Origin: Takakia lepidozioides
Taxonomy: Eukaryota > Plantae > Bryophyta
Direction: 5' to 3'
DNA length: 64,000 bases
Assembly (NCBI GenBank): GCA_030704615.1
Contig: CM060731.1
Coordinates: 58,776,001-58,840,000 of the forward strand
Under the pieces are notes generated by a model that was not told the DNA's origin, did no database searches, and saw only the letters and a list, made by a program, of their open reading frames with translations. Numbering within the stretch: the stretch's first letter is position 1; the number at the start of each line of letters is the position of its first letter. Of this stretch, positions 1 through 11,785 are shown piece after piece. The translations under genes and the position numbers were made by a program.

Positions 1-100
1 ATCCCAGAAATCTCTAGGCTTGGATGGCCTCCCTGTAGAGCTCTTCAAAGCAATGTGGTAGACCCTTGGGGAAGAATACCTATTCATGGCCAATGACATT

Positions 101-187
101 TGTCGTGCGCATACATATCGCTACACAACTACATCGCTGTCCGAACCACACCACACATATATGCACAATAAAGTAGTCTACCACAAT
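101..187. repeat. Repeat A (87 bp), terminal copy; second copy at 537-623
   Basis: tgtcgtgcgcatacatatcg...agtctaccacaat occurs twice, identical by eye. Confidence 0.95.
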
Positions 188-188
188 G

Positions 189-534
189 GATAAGCAAGCT
201 AAGGTCACACACGATGCAAAGCATGAAAACCAAACCATCACTCTTAGAAATAGAAGTCGAGCCAGGGGCACCCCAAGCTATGGGGACTCCACCCCACAAC
301 AACCTACACTCCCATCATGAGTACACTCAGATCTAAACGCATGCAGGAGCTCGGTCGCGCAGGCTCAACTCGAGAGAGATGAGCTGCGCGACTGCCGCTC
401 TCGTGAAGATAAGACAGACCAGGTGTCAAACTAAACTTGACACCTGATTTAACACTTGACCTAACTCCAAGTGTTAAATACAAATAACTAGTTTTATTCT
501 AGCTGTTTTCACACTGTGCTTATTTAGCTTGACA
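189..534. repeat. Repeat B (346 bp), internal copy; terminal copy at 11786-12131
   Basis: gataagcaagct...ttagcttgaca occurs twice, identical by eye. Confidence 0.95.
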
Positions 535-536
535 GC

Positions 537-623
537 TGTCGTGCGCATACATATCGCTACACAACTACATCGCTGTCCGAACCACACCACACATATATGC
601 ACAATAAAGTAGTCTACCACAAT
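537..623. repeat. Repeat A, internal copy, joined to B by the 2-bp spacer gc (gaca-gc-tgtc)
   Basis: Direct sequence match to 101-187. Confidence 0.95.
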
Positions 624-634
624 CGCCCCCCTAG
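624..634 (-). other. Polypurine-tract-like segment (TAGGGGGGCG in element sense) abutting repeat A
   Basis: The same cgcccccctagctgg sequence follows repeat A in the second copy (from 22476); position is typical of a PPT. Confidence 0.7.
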
Positions 635-880
635 CTGGTGGATAGGTCCCTCTACCTCCAGATAGCTACAAGACGTAATAGCCATAGCCGTACTAAGTCC
701 TCTATCACTGTCCCTATCGTACTCAAACTCTATAGACCAAGAGGCCGGGTACAAGAGTAGCCCCATCGTTAGTCGCCGTCTTGCAATCTGTGAACTTGAG
801 CCAGGCCTTCGTGTATTCAAGGTATCCTGTAGCTGGGCCTTGCGTTGCTTGTTAGCCTTCCATGGTTGTATCCACTCCCA

Positions 881-2743
881 CTATCCAATGCATTGTGGAC
901 ATAACCAATCCCCATCCGGAACCATCTCAAGAGGTGGAGTCAAGCATCCCATATGCCAACCTCTAGAGCATCGATCACACACCAGCATGGTGGCTGCCCC
1001 TTTAGCAGACCCACACAACATGCACCTCAAACCTGCAGATACCACTGCCAGGTTTGGGTCAATCCTGCCATCGACATTCGGAAGGTGACATGGCGCACAA
1101 TTACGCACATGGTCCTTCCAAGTTATGCCATCCCGACCCTCCAAGACCAAGACGCCTGAGGGCAAGACCTCTCGAACCCTCAAAATAACACGTCCTGCAG
1201 TCACATCCAGGGTCGTAGGAGCAGTCTGCTGCAGATAGACATAGTCACCAGGGTTGAATCTCCGAACCCCAGGACGATAGCCCCCACCACGTATGGTAGC
1301 ATACCTCAACGTATCACGGTGTTGTGCAATGGCAAGGTTCTCGAAAGCCATGGGCATGACTCTCTTGAACAACTCTGCACGCTGCTCACATGCACGTGCC
1401 CACACGTCCGGATCGTCAAGGTTAAGAACTGTAGCAGCTTCTCTGCGAATGGATGTAGGCAAATCCGGCTCTCGGCCAAAGAGAAGAAAGTATGGTGAGA
1501 AGGAGGCAAGTGATGCTTGCTTGCTGAACCTGTAGCCCATGGCTAGCCAGGGTAACTGAAGGTCCCAATCTCCTAGGTGTCCCTTCTGCAAGCCATACTT
1601 GCGCAAACCCCTCTTTACTGTCTGAACAACTCTCTCTGCCAAGCCATCGGCCTCAGGATGATCCCGAGAAGTGGTGGTGCGGTGGTCTATCAAGGCCTTG
1701 TCACACAAAGTTTGAAACTCCCCCAAGAACTCTCTCCCTTGGTCCGTGAGTACCTCAGCTGGAGCACCGAATCGGCTAAGCACACAATCCAAGAATGCAT
1801 ACGCAGCTCCCTCACTAGCCTTATCAGGCAATGGAACCAATTCAATCCACTTGGAGAAGTGCTCCACCATCACCAACACGTACTTGTTGTGGCGCATGGT
1901 CAGTGGCAACGGCCCTGCGAAGTCAAGACTCCACCTGTAGCCCAATCCCATGATCGGAAGAGGGTGCAATTGTGGAGTAGGGGCGTTGAATGAAGCACGC
2001 ACCCTGTCACACACCATGCACCTAGCCACAAATTGTTGCACCTCTGTGTGCATACCACGCCACCAATACTGCCCCTGCAGTAGGCTATGGGTGCGTCGCA
2101 CCCCAAAATGCCCCAACTCCTCGTGGGCATGCCGCACTAACCGTGCCCGCTGTGTTGGGTGAGGCACAATCCTCACTCGACCATCCTCCCACACTCGAAG
2201 CAGGTGTGTCCCCTCCCACCTGAACCTCTTGGCTCGTTGTAGGATCCGATCCCTCTCCTTGGCAGTCATAGTGGCTGCCGTGTCTCCACTGCGGAGGTAG
2301 TCCAACACAACTGAATCCTCATGTATATCTTTGGCGCCACCCTGCTCATTGCTGGCCTCAGGGTCCTCAGACACTTGATCTACAGTCATCCCTGTTGTAG
2401 GTCCAACCTGGCCTTCCGCTGCCAAGATACACAGAAATGCAGATGCATGCCATCCGGGCACCATCTCCTCGTCCGTCTCACCATGCCACCGAGCTCCAGT
2501 GTCATCCTGCTGGCTCGTGCATGGATTGCGACTCAACCCATCTGCATTTCGATTGACCAAACCCGGTCGATGCACCACCTGAAAGTCATACTCTTGAAGG
2601 ATGAGTGCCCACCGTGCAAGCTTCCCGTAAGCTTGTCTGACTCCATCAACCACTTGAGTGGTTGGTGATCCGTGACAAGGGTGAAGAGATTGCCGTATAA
2701 ATAGCACCTGAAGTGTGCCACGGCCCACACTGCAGCTAAGCAT
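881..2743 (-). CDS. Retrotransposon integrase (HHCC zinc finger, DDE core) with C-terminal PHD finger; N-terminal part is the end of RNase H
   Basis: HEELGH..CMVC; WSLDFAGP; LTDQGREF; GLAERVVQTVK; C-terminal CMLC..LVCDRC..WHMGC..WLCPQC (C4HC3). Confidence 0.95.
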   Translation of the reverse strand: MLSCSVGRGTLQVLFIRQSLHPCHGSPTTQVVDGVRQAYGKLARWALILQEYDFQVVHRPGLVNRNADGLSRNPCTSQQDDTGARWHGETDEEMVPGWHASAFLCILAAEGQVGPTTGMTVDQVSEDPEASNEQGGAKDIHEDSVVLDYLRSGDTAATMTAKERDRILQRAKRFRWEGTHLLRVWEDGRVRIVPHPTQRARLVRHAHEELGHFGVRRTHSLLQGQYWWRGMHTEVQQFVARCMVCDRVRASFNAPTPQLHPLPIMGLGYRWSLDFAGPLPLTMRHNKYVLVMVEHFSKWIELVPLPDKASEGAAYAFLDCVLSRFGAPAEVLTDQGREFLGEFQTLCDKALIDHRTTTSRDHPEADGLAERVVQTVKRGLRKYGLQKGHLGDWDLQLPWLAMGYRFSKQASLASFSPYFLLFGREPDLPTSIRREAATVLNLDDPDVWARACEQRAELFKRVMPMAFENLAIAQHRDTLRYATIRGGGYRPGVRRFNPGDYVYLQQTAPTTLDVTAGRVILRVREVLPSGVLVLEGRDGITWKDHVRNCAPCHLPNVDGRIDPNLAVVSAGLRCMLCGSAKGAATMLVCDRCSRGWHMGCLTPPLEMVPDGDWLCPQCIG

Positions 2744-3761
2744 TCTCCCTCATATGAGCTATACTTAGACTCTGCAGCATTGTTCGAGCGACTAGCATAA
2801 GCCACTACGAACTCTCTTCCCTCATCATCCACCTGTGTGAGCACCGCTCCAAGCCCCAGCATGCTCCAATCTGTATGCAGCTGAAAGGACGCCCCCTGAT
2901 AGGTCGTCTCAAGATGGGCGCCGAGGTCAACCTCGCCTTGAGCTCTTGAAAAGCTTGTTCTTGCTCATCTTCCCACTGCCACTCCTGGTCCACCTTGGTC
3001 AGCTTGGTTTAGAGCCTTTGCAATGGCACTAAATCCCTTAACAAACCGTCTGTAATAGTTTGCTAACCCCATGAAAGCTCGAACTCGGCTCACATCCGTG
3101 GGACGTGGAACCTGTGCAATGGACTCTACTTAGTCTGCTGTACCCCCAATCCTCCAGGATATATCATGTGACCCAGGTACTCAATCTGGTTGTGGAAAAA
3201 CTTGCACTTGCCCGGATGTAACTTCAATCCGTGCGTTCCTCAAGCGCTCAAATACCCCATGAAGGTGTCTCTCATGTCCTCCACCGCACTAAAGATGATG
3301 ATGTCATCTATGTAGCACCGAGCAAACTCCACCCCTGCTAGAATCCTGTCCATGACTCTTTGAAACTCAGCGGGAGCGTTTTTAAGCCCAAATGGTAAGA
3401 ACCGCCACTGGTATAGGCAATCCTTCCCGTGCTCATTGATCCCCCAGAATGCCGTCTTTTGCTTATCCGCCTCCTTGATCGGCAACTGGTGATATCCGGA
3501 TCGTAAATCCAACGTGCTAAAGACCTTGGAATGCCCAATGGCATCAAAGATCTCCTCTGGTGTTGGCATGGCATACCTATCGGACTTGGTCTGACGATTT
3601 ACAGGCCGGTAATCACCGCACATACGTCTCTCCGTCCAATTGCCATAGACATCCTTCTTAGCTGGCATCACTGTGGCTGAAGCATACTCTCCACCAGAGA
3701 GCTCCACCAAACCTGCCTCCCAGAGATCTTGAGTCCTCATCTGAATCAAAGACCTCTCCAT
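2533..3761 (-). pseudogene. Gypsy reverse transcriptase and RNase H (frameshifted)
   Basis: RMCGDYRPVN, LDLRSGYHQL, LPFGLKNAPAEFQ, YIDD; GLGAVLTQ..VVAYASR..ECLA..TDHQPL. Confidence 0.95.
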
Positions 3762-4215
3762 GTCTGTATCTATATCTCCTTGGCGTCAGGCCAACTCAAT
3801 ACCGGATCGTGTCACCCTTCCAACTGCTCCCAAGTCCTTGAAACTGCTCCCAAGGCAAAACTGAAGGCAATTCCTGTAAGCCCTCAGGAACCGCCGTATA
3901 CGTCGTCTCTCTCCTCCGGTGACAATGGGTCCAATGTCAGGCTCCCAATTGTCCTCCGTAACTGCAACCTTAAGTCCAGTGGGCTTAGAGGTAGAGGACC
4001 CGTCCCGTGGTTGCTATGCTGCAACCTCTTGAGCAGTACCCCCTTCCTGCTCAGTCAATGACAAGGCCTCATCCTGCCCCATCATCTCATCATTGAGAAC
4101 CTCCTCATCCCGAGAAGAATCCCCAACCTCATCCATCACAGCTGCCTTCGCTGCAACTCCCTCTGAACCTCGAGCACCTCCCACATGTGCCATGGATGTC
4201 TACACCTCGTGGTCC

Positions 4216-5363
4216 TCACCGGCTCGCCCCCACTCGCTGCCTGTACCGTCTCGGTAGCAGAGAGACCGTCAAGGGAAGTGCACTCCGCACTCTACGTTGC
4301 TCAGCCATAGCCAAGCTGACAATCCAGGTCAAGCAATTGAGATCCATTGCTTGCCCCAACACCTGACGACGTGATGCCTCAGAAAGAGAAGGCACCGCCG
4401 TGGTCCCAGTGGAAAACCCCATAGCCCGCTCTCGCTCGTCGGCATTAGGCTCCACTAACTGCTGCAACTGAGCATCCCACAGGAGGCCAGGTCCACCATC
4501 CCGAAAAGCATGGGATCCTGGGAAGCTGAGCAGTGTAGGTAATGCTGCTCGTGGTTGACCCACCCTGTTGACCACTGCCAAAGGCGAACGGTCATCGTGT
4601 CTCACACGTTGAGACTGCCTTCCTGTGTCCAAAATGCCATCCACGGTGAGGTGTGCTGGCCGCTGCACCCCATCAAATGCACGCTTGAGCAGTGCGGGTG
4701 GCATCAAGTTAGTCCACCATAGTCGTGGACGATGAGCCCGTGACCCCACTGCAGCTGCATCCAGCAATACTGCTGACCCAAGCCACGACCGGACTTGATG
4801 CACACTGGCCATCACCCTGGCCCGAGAATCACCCATCAGTGGCACATTCTCCAAGATGTATGCCGGAGATACAGCCTGATGAAGCTGCAAGTGGCGCAAA
4901 ATCCGCACCATCTCCCAAAACAGACCCGTCCTCGAGTCTCGCAATCCATTGCCATGCCCGGCTGATGAATGCCCTTGGCAGGGCCAACCTGCCACTACCA
5001 GATCAATGGAGCCAACCCGCTCCAAATCCTGCGCCCCCAGCAACGCAATGTCTGCTGGCAAGGCCTGCTGATATCCACGAACTGCAGACACGGCAACAAC
5101 TCAGGGTGCTGCTGCACCATCTGAGCAACATGGCGCAGTGAGACGCGTCGTGCAGTCTCATCCCTCTCCACATACAGGTAACGTCGAACTCGTACACCTG
5201 CCTGCAGCACTGCAGCCAATCCAGTGCTGATCCCGCCAAATAAGTCCAGAAGGCATATGCCTTCATCCGGTCGCTGCCAACAAAGAGGTGTGGTGTCCAA
5301 TGGCGACAACTGAGGTGGCCCTGGTACAATCACCGCACTCTCCTCTCTCTCCTGACGGTACAA
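4216..5363 (-). CDS. DNMT3-like C5 cytosine DNA methyltransferase domain within pol (one frameshift near 5090)
   Basis: Motif I LDLFGGIS; II YVE; IV VVAGWPCQG; VI ILENV; VIII RAHRPRLWW; IX ERERAMGF; X LGQAM, all in canonical order. Confidence 0.92.
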
Positions 5364-5369
5364 AAGCTT

Positions 5370-6194
5370 CTACCCAAGCTTGTTGCACCCGTCCATCAGC
5401 AGCGTGCTGCAAATCCTTGCTCGTACCCCACAACGGAGTGTGAGCAACCATGGCAGGCAACTCCGCCGTACCATGCATGTCACCTGCTCTGCTGGAGGTG
5501 GCACATCCTCTGCATGGGCATTGCCTTCCAGCAACTCTCCAGGCCACTGAACTGCAGCTGTGAAGGCGGCTAGTGTTGGCATCTTGCCCCGCTGAGCAGC
5601 TGCAATACCCCCAATGAATGTCACAGGGAGCTGTGCACGGCGACCATCCCCTGACTGCCATCCAGGCCTGTAGGATGCTGACTCCTCCCAGAAATCCAGG
5701 GTGAAGCCCATGGGGTATAACACTGCCCCACCAACGAGGACATCGTAAGAGACCGCGTCTGTCACAATGGCCTTGGCTCGCATCACTGAGCCATCTACAG
5801 GATGATCCGGCTGCAGTCTAATAGCCAACTGATGCCGTGTCATGCCGCGAGCCTGCTCTGATCCTCCCAGAGATGTCTGTATCTGGAAAGGACAAGGCTC
5901 CATATCCGCCTCCATGAGGCCCAAACCTGCAATAGCAGCTCTGCCCAACATCAGTGGCTGAGCTCCTGAGTCCAACAAGACCCGCAGTGGCCGGTACTTC
6001 TTGCCTGCCGGTCCACTCAAAGTGAAAATGCCTCCCTGGTTGTCTAACAAGACAACTCCAGGTGTCACCATGGCGCGCTCAAAGGCTGGCCTAGCTGGCA
6101 GCTCCGTCAATCTGGCAGCTGCAGCTTGCCAGGGCGCTGTCGTGGCAGTCTTGACCCTCAAATCCGAGGATCCCTCTGCCACTACACCTTCCAC
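5370..6194 (-). CDS. Retrotransposon aspartic protease region
   Basis: VLLDSGA catalytic motif and YDVLVG. Confidence 0.85.
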   Translation of the reverse strand: MEGVVAEGSSDLRVKTATTAPWQAAAARLTELPARPAFERAMVTPGVVLLDNQGGIFTLSGPAGKKYRPLRVLLDSGAQPLMLGRAAIAGLGLMEADMEPCPFQIQTSLGGSEQARGMTRHQLAIRLQPDHPVDGSVMRAKAIVTDAVSYDVLVGGAVLYPMGFTLDFWEESASYRPGWQSGDGRRAQLPVTFIGGIAAAQRGKMPTLAAFTAAVQWPGELLEGNAHAEDVPPPAEQVTCMVRRSCLPWLLTLRCGVRARICSTLLMDGCNKLG

Positions 6195-8217
6195 TAACTC
6201 CGCAGAAGATGAAGTGACCTCTCCACTCTCGTAGAGTGTTTGCTGCTAGTCTGAACACTGCAGCTGGTCTCACTCCCGGCGTCGCAATCATGGTCCCGAG
6301 AACAGTGGGGCTTGACACACAGAGGTGGCTGCTCCCATAACACACCGGCTGCACTAGCCTTGGTAGTAGGTGTCAGTGCTGCACGGGTAGCTCTCCCCAA
6401 TGGCATAGTAACCTCCGCCTCGGTAACAGTCGGGCGAGAACTAGGTGCCATGGATGGCGTTGACACTGTCTCCGCCAAGGTGAATGACTGAGGCAGCCTT
6501 GCCTGACGGCTTGCCTCCCCACGTTGTGGATCCAACTCCACCTCTGCACCTCGTGGCTCAGGAACTCGTGTTGCTCCTCGAGTCACGGCTGCAGCAGACT
6601 CCACCTGCTCTAATGGTAGTGCTGCTCCGCACATGAATCCCATTCCGCCCATATCTCCTCCCTCAGGAGCAGGAGGTGGGCCATCCCGCCTGGGAGCCGG
6701 TACCGCCTGAGCTATAGCCATGGCAGCGAGCCTCTGCTCTAGCTGCTGAAGCCGATTGGCCATGCCTTGGTCAACACCCTGACCTCCGCGTCCTTGGCCA
6801 TGTGGAGCTTGCCCTTGGCCTGCACCTCGTGCCCGACCACCTCGTCCTCTTTGGGCTGGTCCACCTCGCCCCCGGCCACCATTGTTCCCTTGGAACTGGC
6901 CTGGGCGCAACTCAGGATGCAAGTCATAACACTGGGCATCTCCATGCCCATACTTGCCACAATGCCCACACTGCAACTGTGCAGGCTGTGCTTGTGCCGG
7001 CCTTCTTCTGCCACTCTCTGGGCAATCTCTCTTGACATGGGGTCCTCCACATGTCCAACATATCACCCCTGGTTGCTGTTGGCCTGCAAAAGATGCCACG
7101 GGCCTCTGCACCTGAGGTCCCCTGTAAGCTCCATGAACTTGGGCTGGGCAACCTTGCCCCCCTGACCACGCTGTTGGGCAGTCCCTTGTGCTTGTGGGCT
7201 GACAACTGTGCCCCGTACAGGCATGTCCTTGCCAAATCCAATTGTAACAACTCGTTCCTCCACCATGTTGAGCTCAATCCGTTCAGCCAGCAGAAACACA
7301 TCTGCTAATGTGGGTTGGGCTGCTTGTAACTGGGTTGCATCTCGCACCCTTCTCTTGAGCTCCTTGTCCAGAATTCCATACCAAACTGGATTTCCTGAGC
7401 TTCAGTAACCCCTTGGGTCACACTTATCAAGCGCCTCATACGAGTGTACGCCTCTCGCAGGCTCTCACTGGGTTTGCGCTGGAAGTCTTGCAAACTTCGC
7501 AGCTTCTCTGTCCGTACACCTTGGTAGTTCCTCCGCAACTCCTGGAAGAACTCCACCACCGGTTGAATCTAGGCACATGTGTTGTAGCTGTGGCAGGAGG
7601 AGTAGTAGCACCTTCTGAACTGGTACCACCTGCAGAAGTACCAGCACTACCTGCTCCACTACTAGTGCTGGCAGTGGGAGCTATTGGTACTGATGCAGCT
7701 ACTGGTCGCGTCATGCCTCGAGTAATGGAGATGTAGTCAGGTGACCAATACATCCTCCACTCCTCATCTCTGCTTCATGTCCTCGCCTGAACTCGTGGTA
7801 ATCGTCCATAGGCGGGCCTTCCAAATGCTGGAACAGTCCCTTCCATGCCATGAATGGGGTGAATAGATGTGGATTGCGCATCTGCTGCAAATCACACCAG
7901 CTGTCGAACTCCTGGATAAAGTCATCCAACTCGATTGTGCCCACAGCTCCAGAGTACCTACGAGGCCCCTTGGTAGCTCCATACATCTCCTCCATGTCGT
8001 CCCACAACAATGGCGAATGAAAGTGCACACCTGTTGATGAAGCCTCCGAGCCTGTGTCTGACTCTACAGTAATTGAGGGTGGCGGTGAAGGTGGTCTGAA
8101 CCGAATACCTCGTCTTGTGAACCCACTCTCACTGTTACTGCCTGTAGCCGTACTCCCCTCAAAACCCTTGGGTAACTCCGTAATGACACTCACAATGTGC
8201 ACCTCCTCCAGTGACAC
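6194..8217 (-). pseudogene. Gag (frameshifted pieces) with two zinc-knuckle-like motifs
   Basis: FQRKPSESLREAYTRM retrotransposon gag-like segment; CWTCGGPHVKRDC and CGHCGKYGHGDAQC. Confidence 0.85.
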
Positions 8218-8726
8218 TATAAGGCTCTAGTACTAATCTAATAGTGACACGGGTGGGCACCTGTTGCAGTCTAAGGGTCATATCCCAATGGCTCAGGGCA
8301 CCTGCACCTGCATCCACCGCAAGAACTCCTATGGTTGGCTGGTCATCAACCCAGCCTCACCATAGAAGAAACACTGGTGGTCTTGCTGGTCATCACTCCA
8401 GCCTCACCACCGACAGCATACTCTAGGATTGACCGGTGATCAAATCCGGCCTAATCCCTATGAAAGCAAGCGCCCACACAAAACCAACATGGCGCACAGT
8501 CAAGCATGCAGGTGTTGGGGGGGATCCAAACACCGAAATCAAAACATCAACACCCCACACCAAAATCCAGCAGCAACGCTGATCCTGCAGAATATCCCAG
8601 CCCAAACCCCGGACTGACTGGCCTCCACCAAGAGAGGCTTTGGCAACTACAAGTACAAGGTAATGAAAATAGTACAGAGATGGAGGGGAAGAATAGAAGC
8701 CCGCCCAAGCAAGATCTAATCCTGAT

Positions 8727-9474
8727 CTATGCTATCAACTTCCAGACTTCTCTCAAAGTGCCTCGCTCTGCTAGATGGTAAGGTGTAGGAGGTATATCTA
8801 TGTCCAGAAACCTGCCACTAACCTTGTCCCAAGCTACAGTAGCTCGCTCTAACCAACCCTCCTCCTCTTTCTGCCAGGTAGAGACAAAGCAACACTCTGC
8901 TATCTCCCGCTCACTGAACACTAAAGAAAACAAAGGTAGGGTCTGATAGTCTCTCAACTCGAAAGCTTGAGACGATTGCGGGTGTCTTCATTGCGAATGA
9001 CTGCATCGCCTTCAACAGAACAAACTTGTCCTCGCTAATGAACCCCCGCTCGTGGTTGCCTTGTGCAGAGCGTGTCCGACTGCAACACTGTCTAATTGCA
9101 CAAACTTGTGCAGCTCCTGCTCCTCTGCTCCAGTACACCACGGCCTTGTGGCTGAACACCTTGGTCCCCGGGGCTGTCTTTGGCTGTGTTCCAAGCCTAG
9201 CTTTCACCCACTTTGGTATTTCACCTACAGCTGCAGAACTGCTGGCTCCAACAGAGTTCTGACTGTCCAAGGCGATATTGAGGCCCTCAATGCCAACTAC
9301 AGCAGTCTGTTGTCTACTGCTAATGCCTGACTCCCAGTATGCAATCAACTCGTCCAACTGTTCTCCACTCAAATCAGTCTGAGTTCCTTGGGAAACATAA
9401 ATCGTGTCCCCTTGTGTGCACAGACTAAGAGAAGAGACCTGCCCTTCAATTACGTCCTCATTTTCCCCAGCCAT
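8727..9474 (-). other. Possible extra ORF upstream of gag (187-aa and 76-aa overlapping pieces), unknown function
   Basis: ATG-initiated ORF in element sense inside the element; no recognisable motif. Confidence 0.35.
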
Positions 9475-11770
9475 GCATGGAGTACATCCACCAATTTGTC
9501 TCTCATATAGACCAGCACAGGTTCTAGAGACAGGATTGTGGATCTTTCATGGCACTCTCACACTCTAAAAATTCCATAGATTTTTAGCAGAGTCCCCAAA
9601 GCAGAAACCAGGTTTAGATAGGTAGATTTCCCCTTTCTGCAGCTATCCCCCAAAAACTGGGTCAACCAGAGTCCATTTGACAAAGATATGATGAATTTGG
9701 CTCCAAATCATTCAAATTAGATTAAAAAGGGGTTTTTTTTTTTTTTTAAAGGTTTTCAAGTTTAACAATTTAAAGTTACACCCAAAATGTCTGGTAACTG
9801 GTTCCCGGTTCCCTAAGTTCTATATGGCATCCTAGGTTCCCTGGCCACGTGCCTGCTGTTCCCCTCCATTTCATTTGAGTTCAACAGCTCACCATGCTTT
9901 GGAATCCCAACCGTCTTCTACCACAAACCATGGTGACGATGGAGGTCGTGGAGCTCATTTCCCCTTAGCAACACTTCACCTTGGCACCCTCACAAGTTTC
10001 ATTGAAGTAAAGTTGGCAAGCAAGTTCCTGCAAAGCCTGCCCCACACACCAGCTTAGCAGTGTCCAAATTGAGTGATCCCCAGCTGGGACCTTTCTTCAA
10101 GCCTGTCGGCTATGTGGAAACCCAGCTGCAGTGCACGGAAGTACGCGTGCCTCGACCACTCGGCAATGTGCCTGGCTTTGTGGCAGATCTGTCCTCTGAT
10201 CCTTGCTTACTAGCAGGGCTCTCAAAACCCCAAAGAACTGTTGTCCACTGGCTTCAAGTCCGAGAGCTAGCTGATCAATCTGTGTGGCAGTGAGTAGGGC
10301 TACGGTTCCAAAGACAATATAGAGAACCGATCACGGAGGATGGCTGTTTAACCATTCTAAGCACCTTGCCAGCTGCAAGGGAAAAACCCCAACTTTCCTC
10401 CTTCCCTACCCTGCTTAGAAAGAGCAACCTAAGCTGCTGACAGTAAGAGCCTCTTTCCGAGGAGAAACCAAGACTCTTACGTCATTCAACCACTAGGGGT
10501 ACAATCCAGTTCACCATAACCGAGTCAGTAAATATCCTCCCTGACAGACTCCTTCACGTTCTACATAAAGCATATTGCCAAAGCTGCAGTCGCACCATTG
10601 TGAAGGATCTTTAAAGAACTCCAGTCAGCGCTGTTCCATGCTCCAGTGCTGACCTACATGCCAGATATTCAAAAGGGCCCCTTCTTCGACCAGATTACTA
10701 GGTGCTGGTCAAGCCAAAAGACAATTCACGGTGCATAGAATACCCGCACACAGAAACAGCGAAGTGTTATGACCTAGTCTTGTTGGGATCCCTGAAGGCT
10801 TCGTAGGAGGCGTAGCTACCACTTGGAAGGGACTCTGCACTTGGGCCTTGACAAGTAGGATCCCGCTTTCAACTCCATAACCCAGTCCTTAATCTGGTCA
10901 GCAAGCAAGCAGTTAGCAAGCAAGCATCACGCATCAGTGAAAACCATAATCTGCTGCTCCATTTGAGTACATCTCTCAACCCCTCTCTACAGTCCCCCAA
11001 CATTACCAATCACATTCTGCTCGTCCGCTGCCTCCCCAGCACCACAAGATGTGGAAGGCTTGTTCTGCACCCTCGGTTCTTGATCCAAACAAAAACAACT
11101 GATGAACAAAGTGTTTCCATAAAAACAACGGAACAACAGATGGGAGAGATGGTGCATCCCTGCGCCCCGCCATCCAGCGCGCTCTGCTTCTCGTTCGACC
11201 TTCACTACTCACACCATACACGAGTGCGCAACGCCGAGACCCGTCGACAGCACGTCCGGAGACTCCGCACAGGGGCAAACAGCAACACAGATGCAGGCAG
11301 ACAGTTCAGTGGTCACTGCAAGACCCCATCACCAAGGACTTGGGCCAACTTGACCAATTTCTACACTCATGCCAACCTGGTTCTTGACAAGCTACCGCTC
11401 CCGCCAAGTAAAACCATCAGCGCTACAGGTCACGGTGAATCCAGCAATATGCCTGCAAGCCAGAATGGGCTACAAGCCAATGGCCCTTCTTGAGCTGCAA
11501 CACAACGGACCACACAAGTTGGGCACGACTGGCCTACTGGGTGCTCAGCCTGCCCCAGCGCTCAGGCAGCAGGCTACTAGGGCCCCCGCGCGCACCCGCC
11601 ACCACAAAACAGGGATAACTACACCCTGATCACCACCAACGCCCATGTGTAAACAACAAGCGCAAACCCATGGCAACAGCAGGACTAGATGGGCTCCTGC
11701 CCCAAGTTATATATTATAATAGTGTTAAAAGAACATTGTATCTAGCTTAGCACTAGAAAACTAGATAGGT

Positions 11771-11785
11771 TCATCTCTCTCGAGT
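11771..11785 (-). other. Putative self-priming primer-binding site
   Basis: tcatctctctcgagt is the exact reverse complement of actcgagagagatga at 11965-11979 within repeat B; no TGG-initiated tRNA PBS is seen here. Confidence 0.7.

Noticed and set aside
96-100. 5-bp TSD ACATT
   Set aside because: It would leave the right end as TTGAC, whereas the internal B copies end in GACA; the 4-bp CATT reading is preferred.
101-623. DIRS/PAT/Ngaro tyrosine-recombinase element
   Set aside because: No YR motifs found; the element encodes a DDE integrase and has a TSD.
4216-5363. Bacterial restriction-modification methylase or contamination
   Set aside because: Embedded in a retroelement pol among intron-containing plant genes; no partner endonuclease.
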